A stretch of 64,000 nt of DNA from Gammaproteobacteria bacterium. GTDB lineage: Bacteria > Pseudomonadota > Gammaproteobacteria > Steroidobacterales > Rariloculaceae. Position numbers and translations under genes: made by a program. Position 1 is the stretch's first letter, and each line of letters begins with the position of its first letter. The notes below the pieces were generated by a model, which did no database searches, was not told the origin of the DNA, and saw only the letters and a list, made by a program, of their open reading frames with translations. Below, one piece after another: positions 57,768-64,000 of the stretch. Location of the stretch: assembly GCA_039933105.1 (NCBI GenBank), contig JBDTOT010000019.1, forward strand, positions 14,524 through 78,523, written 5' to 3'.

Positions 57768-59330
57768 ATGACTTCTGACGCGCAACGCAGTGAAGAATAC
57801 GAGCGCGCGCTACTCGGCGCGCTATTGCTCGACCCGACCGCATGGGAACGGGTGCTACCGCTCAACGGTGGGGATTTCTCGCCGCAGAATCGTTTGATCT
57901 TCGCAGCGTTCGCCGACGCGATCCGCCGCGGCGAGTCAGCGGATTCCGTGACCATCACTGAACGGTTAGAACGCGCGGGCCATCTTGAGCCGATCGGCGG
58001 GCGCGAATATCTCGCGCGACTGATTCAAGACACGCCCGGCACGGCCAACTTGACCGGCTACGCGGCAAAGATCCGCGAGTATTCGGCGCGGCGGCAACTG
58101 CGCGAAACCCTATCCCATACGCTAGAGCGCATCGACCAAGGGCACGAGCTCGCCGAGATCACGACCGCAACACGCGAGGCTCTGCAGCGTGCGAGCGTGA
58201 CGACTCCCCATGCCGAACCGCTATACAACGCAACCGAGCTTTCGGTTGCCGATCTGCTCGACAGTGAACCGGAGCCGCGGCGCTGGATTCTGCGCGACCT
58301 ATTGCCGTTAGGGATCGTCGGCCTACTCGCGGCCGGTGGCGGCACGGGTAAGAGCTTTTTCATATTGCAGATGGCGATTGCGATTGCGACCGGCCGCGCG
58401 TTTCTTGGGCTCGAGATCGCCGAGCCCGGAGCGGTGCTACTGCTCTGCGGTGAGGATGAGCGGGCCGAACTACACCGCCGCTTGTGGAGAATCGTTGACG
58501 CGCTGAAAGGCCGCGGGCAGTTCAGCGATAGCGATGACGAGCTGGTGCGTGAGCGGTTGCACATAGCCTCGCGTGTCGGTGAGGACAATCTACTAACGCA
58601 GGTTTTCAACGGCGCGGTTATCCGAACCGGGCTCGCCGAGCGGATCGCAGCGACGGCGGCGCAGATACCGGCGCTAAAAATGATCGGGCTTGATCCGGTG
58701 TCGCGATTTCGCGGCGGGGATGAAAACAGCAACGATGACGCGACGCGATACGTTGAAGCCGTCGAGACTCTGCGAGCAGCCACGGGCGCGACCGTGCTGA
58801 TGGCGCATCACGTTAACAAGATGGGGCTTGCCGCGGGAGCCGAGCGCTTGAGCGCGGAAGGCTTGCGCGGCGCATCGGCCATGATTGATGGCGTGCGGTG
58901 GGGTGTCGCCATGGGCACCCTGCGCAAGGATCAAGCGGAACAATTCGGCCTTGATCCAGAAGAAGCGCACCGATTCGTTCGCCTGGACGCGATCAAGAAC
59001 AACTACGGCGCGCCATGGTCGGGGCTGTGGCTCGAGCGCACGCAAGGCGGGGTGCTCGTGCCGGCCGAGATGCCCGGGCGCCGATCCGAAAAGGTCGAGC
59101 AGCGCGGCGAGTTTCGGTATCGGGAAACCCTGCCAAAGATTCAAGGCTTGATCCGCCAGGAACGCGAGCAAGGCCGCACGATGACAAAAGGCCGCCTGCG
59201 CCAGTTCGCGGGGACTGCCGGTCTATTCGCGATGAGCGACCAGACGTTGCGCGGGGTGATTGAGCGGGCGTTAGCGGAAGGGGCGATTAAACGCCGAGTG
59301 AATGGCTCTGGCGAGGAATTGCACCTGTGA
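57768..59330 (+). CDS. replication ATPase: DnaB N-terminal domain fused to RepA-like (AAA_25) P-loop domain
   Basis: N-terminus EEYERALLGALLLDP...GREYLARLIQDTPGTANLTGYAAKIREYSARRQL is DnaB-N-like. Walker A LLAAGGGTGKSFF, Walker B-like LLLCGEDE and VLMAHHVNK follow. ATG 57768 chosen within ORF 57651..59330. Confidence 0.8.
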   Translation: MTSDAQRSEEYERALLGALLLDPTAWERVLPLNGGDFSPQNRLIFAAFADAIRRGESADSVTITERLERAGHLEPIGGREYLARLIQDTPGTANLTGYAAKIREYSARRQLRETLSHTLERIDQGHELAEITTATREALQRASVTTPHAEPLYNATELSVADLLDSEPEPRRWILRDLLPLGIVGLLAAGGGTGKSFFILQMAIAIATGRAFLGLEIAEPGAVLLLCGEDERAELHRRLWRIVDALKGRGQFSDSDDELVRERLHIASRVGEDNLLTQVFNGAVIRTGLAERIAATAAQIPALKMIGLDPVSRFRGGDENSNDDATRYVEAVETLRAATGATVLMAHHVNKMGLAAGAERLSAEGLRGASAMIDGVRWGVAMGTLRKDQAEQFGLDPEEAHRFVRLDAIKNNYGAPWSGLWLERTQGGVLVPAEMPGRRSEKVEQRGEFRYRETLPKIQGLIRQEREQGRTMTKGRLRQFAGTAGLFAMSDQTLRGVIERALAEGAIKRRVNGSGEELHL

Positions 59331-59512
59331 TGCGCAACCCCGCGCACGCACAGTTTCGGAAACTGCCCGTAGCCGAGCGGACGCTCGCGGTAAGGCGAAT
59401 TGCCGAAGCCTTCGGGATTCATAGGGCGAGCTATGCGACGGGCTTGAGCGTTGAGGAAATTCGCCGATTGATGGCAACGAGCGAATACCATGACGCTACG
59501 CGGGTTAACTGA
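59327..59512 (+). CDS. hypothetical small protein
   Basis: 61-aa ORF. Its ATG at 59330 overlaps the upstream stop (TGATG). No family recognised. Confidence 0.4.
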   Translation: MMRNPAHAQFRKLPVAERTLAVRRIAEAFGIHRASYATGLSVEEIRRLMATSEYHDATRVN

Positions 59513-59840
59513 CGCTGAGCTAGACCGCGCAACGTGCGCCTGCGGCGCGCAGTTCGCCGATTCTCTCGCTTGGTGCGCGCATCGTCCCTGGCTCACACGC
59601 TGGCACCGTGACCGCTGTCGATGGCCCGAAGCGCTTTACCTTGGCGCAGACGATCTTTGGCAGTTACGCCCCGACGCTCGGGCGGCTGTGCAACGGGCAG
59701 AAATCGGCACCCCCGAAAACTACCGCATACAGGCGCCGACACGCCGACCCCTTAGCGGGGTAGCGGGTAGGGCGCGAAAACGGCCAATGGGCGCGAGCCC
59801 CACAAACACCCCTAGCAACGGCGCGGGCTCCAGGGGCTAG
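59490..59840 (+). CDS. hypothetical protein
   Basis: 116-aa ORF co-oriented and overlapping its neighbour by 23 nt. Cys/His/Trp-rich N-terminal half. No family recognised. Confidence 0.4.
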   Translation: MTLRGLTDAELDRATCACGAQFADSLAWCAHRPWLTRWHRDRCRWPEALYLGADDLWQLRPDARAAVQRAEIGTPENYRIQAPTRRPLSGVAGRARKRPMGASPTNTPSNGAGSRG

Positions 59841-59878
59841 GGTATGGGGCTAACGACCGATTCTCGGAAGGCTCAAGG

Positions 59879-60256
59879 ATGACCGCCGCGCAAGCTTCCG
59901 AGCTATTGCGCCGAGCGCTACGTGATGCGCAGTTCGGGCACAAGGTTTCTCCCGATGACCTAGCCCCGGCCCTAACGCTGCTGCGCGAGATCGAGCAGGG
60001 GAGCGTTAGCTCGACACGGGAACAAATCGTCGGGCGTGCAGTGCTCGCGAAATTCAACGCGTATAACGAGCGCCGAGCGGCACAAGGCGCACGACTGCGC
60101 GCGGCGGTCGGCGAGATTCTAAGCATGAAACCGGACGTGAGCGCGGAGCAGATTCTCGCGACGCTGCAAAAACTCGGCGCACGCGCACTCGAACGCGAAA
60201 CGCTGCCGAGTCTGCGCACGATCCATTGGCATATGAGCGCAATTCGCAAAGCGTAG
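59879..60256 (+). CDS. hypothetical protein
   Basis: 125-aa helical ORF preceded by AAGGCTCAAGG. No family recognised. Confidence 0.45.
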   Translation: MTAAQASELLRRALRDAQFGHKVSPDDLAPALTLLREIEQGSVSSTREQIVGRAVLAKFNAYNERRAAQGARLRAAVGEILSMKPDVSAEQILATLQKLGARALERETLPSLRTIHWHMSAIRKA

Positions 60257-60281
60257 GCGTTGCAAAAATCGGTGAGCCAGT

Positions 60282-60536
60282 ATGCGACGCATGGAATTGC
60301 ACACTGTATCAACGCCGAAAATTTCCTACACGATGACCGAGGCCGAGCTTGCGACCGGCTTGAGTCGGGCGAGCCTTTATCGTGCGATCGCGCGCGGCGA
60401 ACTGCGCCGGCAAAAGATCGGCAAGCGCACACTCATTCTGTCAGAGGATCTGCGCGCCTTTTGCGGCGGCGGATTAGATCGTCTCGCCGAAGCGCTGGCG
60501 CGAGCCACGCAACTGAACCGGAGGACCGCCGAATGA
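60282..60536 (+). CDS. excisionase-family (MerR-like HTH_17) DNA-binding protein
   Basis: TMTEAELATGLSRASLYRAIARGELRRQKIGKRTLI matches the short phage Xis/HTH_17 pattern. Exact start uncertain. Confidence 0.7.
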   Translation: MRRMELHTVSTPKISYTMTEAELATGLSRASLYRAIARGELRRQKIGKRTLILSEDLRAFCGGGLDRLAEALARATQLNRRTAE

Positions 60537-61624
60537 TCTTCACCGAAAAAGACGTGAACCCCCCGCCGTCCGACGAGGCTGGCGAATTGGCTGACGCCAA
60601 GCGGAACGAAGACGAAACCCGGCGCAGCGACATTGAGAGCGCTTTTCGCGAAGCCAGTTCGAAATCGTCGGCAGATTCGGATTTCGAGAGCGCTGGCCCG
60701 TTGCTCGACGATCTCGAGGCGAGATTCCCCGGCCGCACTGCGCCGGAGATTGTTCGCCATTTCGCCAGTCGACACAGAGCCGTGATGGCCGACCCGGTGA
60801 ATGGCGGCGCATTGATTGCGAGAGAGTACTCGCGCGATTCCCGGCTGTTTTCCGGCGACCGTGCTACCGCAAAAGATCCCCGCGCCGCGGACAATGAGGT
60901 CACGCTCACTCTGCCAGGCGGTCAAAAGGTCTATGCCGCGGAAGGCTCCCGCGCCCACGACGTGGCGAAGGCGGTAGCGGCCTCGATGCGCAACGACCGC
61001 GACGGCGAACAGTTACGCGAGTTGCAGCACGAGCTAACCGCCGCGTTCCCCGGATCGTCGAGTCTCACGGACGGACTGCGTTCGATGATCGCGTTTGACA
61101 CTGCCGCGCAGCTAGATCCCGTAGGTGCCGCAGTCCGACTGGCTAGCGCGAACGGCGCACCCTTGAGCCCGGCCGACGTTCCCGTCTACCAGCAAACGCG
61201 CGCCCTAGCACAACTGATCGGGCCGCATTTCGAATTGCCTGAGTTTCAATCGCTGAAAGGTCGCGAGGACGAAGTAACCGCGCTGGTTGCATCGGGCGAG
61301 GTGTCGATTGACCAAGGCATTCGCGGCGTGCTCCGCCAAGCCGGCGAAGTGCTGGCATTCACCGACACCGCCAACGCAGAAATTAAAGCGATGGCGAAAA
61401 GCGCGGACTTCCCCCGCTTCAAGGAATTACGCCAGGACATGGCGCAAGCGCTCGAGGAAGGCAAAGCCAACTCTCTCCCGCAAGCCTACAAAATCGCCGA
61501 CAAGGCCAAGCGCCGCCACCCGTCAGAATCCGAACGCCACGAGCAGCGCCGTGCCGATATTCAAAACGCAGGTAACGAGGCGTGGAAAAACCACAAGCGA
61601 AAGCGCGACAAGGCACTGCGCTAA
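60533..61624 (+). CDS. hypothetical phage protein
   Basis: GGAGGA lies 8 nt before ATG 60533, which overlaps the upstream stop (ATGA). 363 aa, acidic N-terminus, basic C-terminus. The upstream part of ORF 60260..61624 overlaps the Xis-like gene and is discounted. Confidence 0.55.
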   Translation: MIFTEKDVNPPPSDEAGELADAKRNEDETRRSDIESAFREASSKSSADSDFESAGPLLDDLEARFPGRTAPEIVRHFASRHRAVMADPVNGGALIAREYSRDSRLFSGDRATAKDPRAADNEVTLTLPGGQKVYAAEGSRAHDVAKAVAASMRNDRDGEQLRELQHELTAAFPGSSSLTDGLRSMIAFDTAAQLDPVGAAVRLASANGAPLSPADVPVYQQTRALAQLIGPHFELPEFQSLKGREDEVTALVASGEVSIDQGIRGVLRQAGEVLAFTDTANAEIKAMAKSADFPRFKELRQDMAQALEEGKANSLPQAYKIADKAKRRHPSESERHEQRRADIQNAGNEAWKNHKRKRDKALR

Positions 61625-61645
61625 ACACGGGAAACGCATACCCCC

Positions 61646-61903
61646 ATGAGCGATCACGCGCACGAAACAACTAAGGGCACCGCAGGAAATTCCACCGCAG
61701 GGGCAGCCATGCACGACAAGCCCATGCGACGGACACCGGAGGAAATCGCAGCATCGCGCTCGCATGTGCGATCAACCCAAGGCTTCCGGCCCGAGCAGAA
61801 AGGTGCGGACGAGCTGGCACGTATTGCGGATTGTTTGGAGTCGCTGCGGCTTGATCTGCGAGTGCTCGTTGACGTGCTGAGCGGCGAGCGGGGGCGCGCA
61901 TGA
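61646..61903 (+). CDS. hypothetical small protein
   Basis: 85-aa ORF. Its ATG is preceded by the same ATACCCCC word that precedes the int ATG. Confidence 0.45.
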   Translation: MSDHAHETTKGTAGNSTAGAAMHDKPMRRTPEEIAASRSHVRSTQGFRPEQKGADELARIADCLESLRLDLRVLVDVLSGERGRA

Positions 61904-61925
61904 GCGCGAAACCGCGAGTTGCGAG

Positions 61926-62289
61926 CTGGGTACGTTGGGTACTTTCTCGGCCGCACAAAGTTACCCGGCGCAATGCTAGTAACGGCGCGGGTTTGGGGCA
62001 TGTGTTGGGTAGTGTTGGGTACTTTCTCGGCCGAAATTCCTACCCAGCCCCGTTTTTGGGTGAAAGGAGGGTGTTGGGTAGGGTGGGTACTTTTGCCGAA
62101 AAAAAAGTTACCCAGCCCAAAGCCAATGGTGGCGCGGGTTTGAGCTGGGTAAAGGGTAACTTCGATTTCTACCCAACCTACCCAGCGCAAAGCCATACGT
62201 GGCGCGGGTTTGAGCTGGGTAACTTTTTCCCCCCTAAAGGGGGGACTGGAAAGTACCCAGCCCCCCTTAGGGGTGCTGGTTACCCAACC
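61926..62289. repeat. array of about five degenerate 68-80-bp tandem units built on GGGTA(C/A)/TACCC cores (candidate iteron or packaging-site region)
   Basis: Exact 20-mer GTTGGGTACTTTCTCGGCCG at 61934 and 62014. 44-mer at 62109 and 62179 (40/44 identical). At least 16 copies of the core in both orientations. Hairpin CCCCCCTAAAGGGGGG at 62229-62244. A8 run at 62099-62106. Confidence 0.85.
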
Positions 62290-62336
62290 GGATCGCTCTC
62301 CCATGCCAAACCGTCTTTTTCTTCGGACTTAAGAGC

Positions 62337-62822
62337 ATGACCAGCGATCACGATGACGATGACGCTGTGCCGCGTTCGGCCTACACGGGTGGCGCGCTTG
62401 AGATCGGCGCCCCTGTCCGGGTGTCGCGCCTGAACACCCCGCGGCATATCCGCGCCGAGCTCGGCCGGGTGTATCGGGAGAGCCGTCGCCGCCACGGCCG
62501 ACACCCCGATTCACAGGTAGCCGGCCGATTGTCTCGAATGCTCGCCGAGCTGCATTCGGCCGTGGTGTTCGACGAAGAAATGCGGACGCTGCAGGCCGAA
62601 GTGTTGGAGCTGCGGCAATTCCTATTTTTGAGAGGTACAAACGATGGCTCTAGGCTCTTTGAAATCAACGGGGCCGAGCCTCGCAGTCTTGCAGAAGCAG
62701 CTCGCGGAGCTGGAGAAGAAAGTCGGCGGCTCACGCACGGGGCCGGTGTTGGCGCTGACGATGACGCGGGGCGAGAGCCCGGAGTTAGTGCTACGAGCTT
62801 GGCGGAAAGAAAACCCCAATGA
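62337..62822 (+). CDS. hypothetical phage protein (3' end doubtful)
   Basis: The ATG follows AAGAG. The first ~100 codons look protein-like (RHIRAELGRVYRESRRRHG...LQAEVLELRQ). The tail overlaps the next, better-looking ORF out of frame. Confidence 0.45.
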   Translation: MTSDHDDDDAVPRSAYTGGALEIGAPVRVSRLNTPRHIRAELGRVYRESRRRHGRHPDSQVAGRLSRMLAELHSAVVFDEEMRTLQAEVLELRQFLFLRGTNDGSRLFEINGAEPRSLAEAARGAGEESRRLTHGAGVGADDDAGREPGVSATSLAERKPQ

Positions 62823-63042
62823 TCCCGAGCCCGAAGTGACTGTGCTAACCGAGATCTTCGGCGCGCTGCCGCGGCTCGAGCTTGCGACCGAGGCCAGCAT
62901 TGCCGAAGCGCTGCCGGGGGTGAAAGCGTTTCTCGTGCAGCTTGGCGACCACGCGGCGATTGAACGCTGGCGAGGGCTGGCTCTGCTCGCGGGGCTCGAC
63001 TATGACGCGGCCGAGATGATCTGCTCCGGGGTGGTGCATTGA
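62644..63042 (+). CDS. hypothetical phage protein (small-terminase position)
   Basis: GAGAGG lies 8 nt before ATG 62644. 132 aa with a coiled-coil N-terminus. Any role is inferred only from its position upstream of the large terminase gene. Confidence 0.5.
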   Translation: MALGSLKSTGPSLAVLQKQLAELEKKVGGSRTGPVLALTMTRGESPELVLRAWRKENPNDPEPEVTVLTEIFGALPRLELATEASIAEALPGVKAFLVQLGDHAAIERWRGLALLAGLDYDAAEMICSGVVH

Positions 63043-63200
63043 GCGCTTCGAAGTCTCGAGCAGACTCCCAAGGATCGGCTACGGGCCGCGTATCTGCGAC
63101 GATGCCGTGGCGGTGGTTTGGCAGATACCCCCTAGGATACCCCCTACCCACCACCCGAGCGCGTCCCCTACGCGTTCCCTGAGGCTTAAACGGGCACTCC

Positions 63201-64000
63201 ATGCAGACCCGCCTAATCCGCTCCCAAGTCCCCCGAGCCTTCGAGCCGCTACTCGCGCCGGCTCGGTACAAAGGTGCCTGGGGCGGTCGCGGTTCCGGCA
63301 AGTCGCATCATTTCGCCGAGCGGCTAACCCTACGGTGCCACGAGCGCCCGACCCGTGCCGTATGCGTTCGCGAGGTTCAATTAAGCCTGCGAGATTCCGT
63401 GCGCCAATTGCTCGCCGACAAGATCGAAGCGCTTGGGCTCGCGGGCGAGTTCGAAGTGTTAGACGCGGAGATCCGCGGCAAGCGTTCGGGGAGCCTAATC
63501 ACGTTTCGCGGTATGTCGGCGGTGACGGCCGAGAGCATTAAATCACTCGAAGCCTATGACATTGCCTGGGTCGAAGAAGCGCAAACCCTTTCCGAGCGCT
63601 CGTTGATGCTGCTCCGGCCGACGATCCGCAAAGAGGGCTCGGAGATTTGGGCGAGCTGGAATCCGCGATACCGAACCGATCCGATAGACGAGTTTTTTCG
63701 CTACAAACCGCCGCGAGGTGCGGTGTCGGTCTCTGTGAACTGGCGGGACAATCCATGGTTCCCCGACGTGCTAAGCCGCGAGCTCGAGCACGACTACGCG
63801 ACCGACCCCGAGCAGGCCGCGCACGTTTGGGGCGGGGAGTACGGCGTAGAACACGGCGCGATTCTCGGCCGGCTCGTTGAGTCCGCAGAGCGTGAGGGGC
63901 GAATCAACGACAACGTTGAGTATTTCCCTGACGGCCCCGCCGTGGAGATTTCGAGCGATCTAGGCTTTCGCGACACTGCGTCATGGTGGTTTTGGCAGCG
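63201..64000 (+). CDS. terL: phage terminase large subunit (PBSX/Terminase_3-like), 5' part; 3' end outside window
   Basis: Not in the supplied ORF track because it is open at the window edge. My translation from ATG 63201 is MQTRLIRSQVPRAFEPLLAPARYKGAWGGRGSGKSHHFAE...YDIAWVEEAQTLSERSL...WASWNP...NPWFP...HVWGGEY. Walker A is GGRGSGKS and the Walker B-like motif is AWVEEA. Confidence 0.85.
   Translation, partial: MQTRLIRSQVPRAFEPLLAPARYKGAWGGRGSGKSHHFAERLTLRCHERPTRAVCVREVQLSLRDSVRQLLADKIEALGLAGEFEVLDAEIRGKRSGSLITFRGMSAVTAESIKSLEAYDIAWVEEAQTLSERSLMLLRPTIRKEGSEIWASWNPRYRTDPIDEFFRYKPPRGAVSVSVNWRDNPWFPDVLSRELEHDYATDPEQAAHVWGGEYGVEHGAILGRLVESAEREGRINDNVEYFPDGPAVEISSDLGFRDTASWWFWQ

Larger units (their letters stand above)
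54949..64000. mobile_element. integrated prophage-like element at tRNA-Cys (left end; continues beyond window)
   Basis: A tyrosine integrase lies 166 nt downstream of the tRNA. It is followed by AlpA-like, replication ATPase, Xis-HTH, many unknown ORFs and a large terminase, all on the + strand. Third-position GC is visibly lower than in the core genes. Confidence 0.85.

Noticed and set aside
61926-62289. Considered whether the repeat array is a CRISPR array.
   Set aside because: The repeats are short cores in both orientations with degenerate 68-80-bp units. There are no uniform 24-40-bp direct repeats separated by unique spacers, and no cas genes nearby.
61654-62304. 216-aa ORF on the minus strand and 146-aa ORF 61900..62340 on the plus strand across the repeat array.
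   Set aside because: Both strands are open because the repeated words contain no stop codons. Identical DNA repeats fall in different reading frames, and third-position GC is atypically low. The plus-strand ORF is not fully excluded (ATGA overlaps at both ends) and is discussed in the findings rather than listed as a CDS.
63111-63123. GGTGGTTTGGCAG at 63111 resembling GGTGGTTTTGGCAG at 63985 near the window end.
   Set aside because: A single 13/14 match, and the second copy lies inside terL coding sequence (WWFWQ). Most likely chance.

Overview
High-GC proteobacterial chromosome segment, probably a gammaproteobacterium. The evidence is a tRNA-Gly(GCC) that matches my recollection of the E. 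coli gene, sitting downstream of uvrC-pgsA, and a purB/mnmA/acnA neighbourhood. All calls come from reading the supplied translations and the DNA by eye; no database search was possible.

Positions 1-54.8 kb are ordinary core genome:
- Amino-acid and central metabolism: rpe, thrA-thrC, aconitase, purB, fumC, class II DAHP synthase, gcdH, a TPP enzyme.
- Nucleic-acid functions: tatD-like, mnmA, Nudix genes, mazG, hrpA, uvrC.
- Envelope and lipid: pgsA, corA, apbE.
- A PepSY/OmpR-type response regulator/histidine kinase module.
- A group of exported proteins of unknown function around a DUF6152-like gene.
- A protein with two PARP-type zinc fingers.
- A nine-gene TonB2-type energy-transduction cluster (39.2-46.7 kb). 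It is preceded by a 774-bp non-coding leader and ends in a second, diverged copy of its first two genes.

From tRNA-Cys(GCA) (54878-54948) to the window end lies an integrated prophage-like element. It carries a P4-type integrase, an AlpA-like regulator, a DnaB-N/RepA-like ATPase, an Xis-type HTH protein, many unknown ORFs and the 5' part of a large terminase (my own translation, since it is open at the window edge).

The most unusual sequence-level signal is a ~360-bp array inside this element (61926-62289). It consists of degenerate 70-80-bp tandem units built on a GGGTA(C/A)/TACCC core in both orientations. A related GGGGGTAC/ATACCCCC word recurs at the int promoter and upstream of two other genes.

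No rRNA, CRISPR array or IS element was seen. Many long antisense ORFs in the track are high-GC artefacts. I found no clearly novel multi-gene system. The candidates listed are hypotheses that need searches I cannot run.
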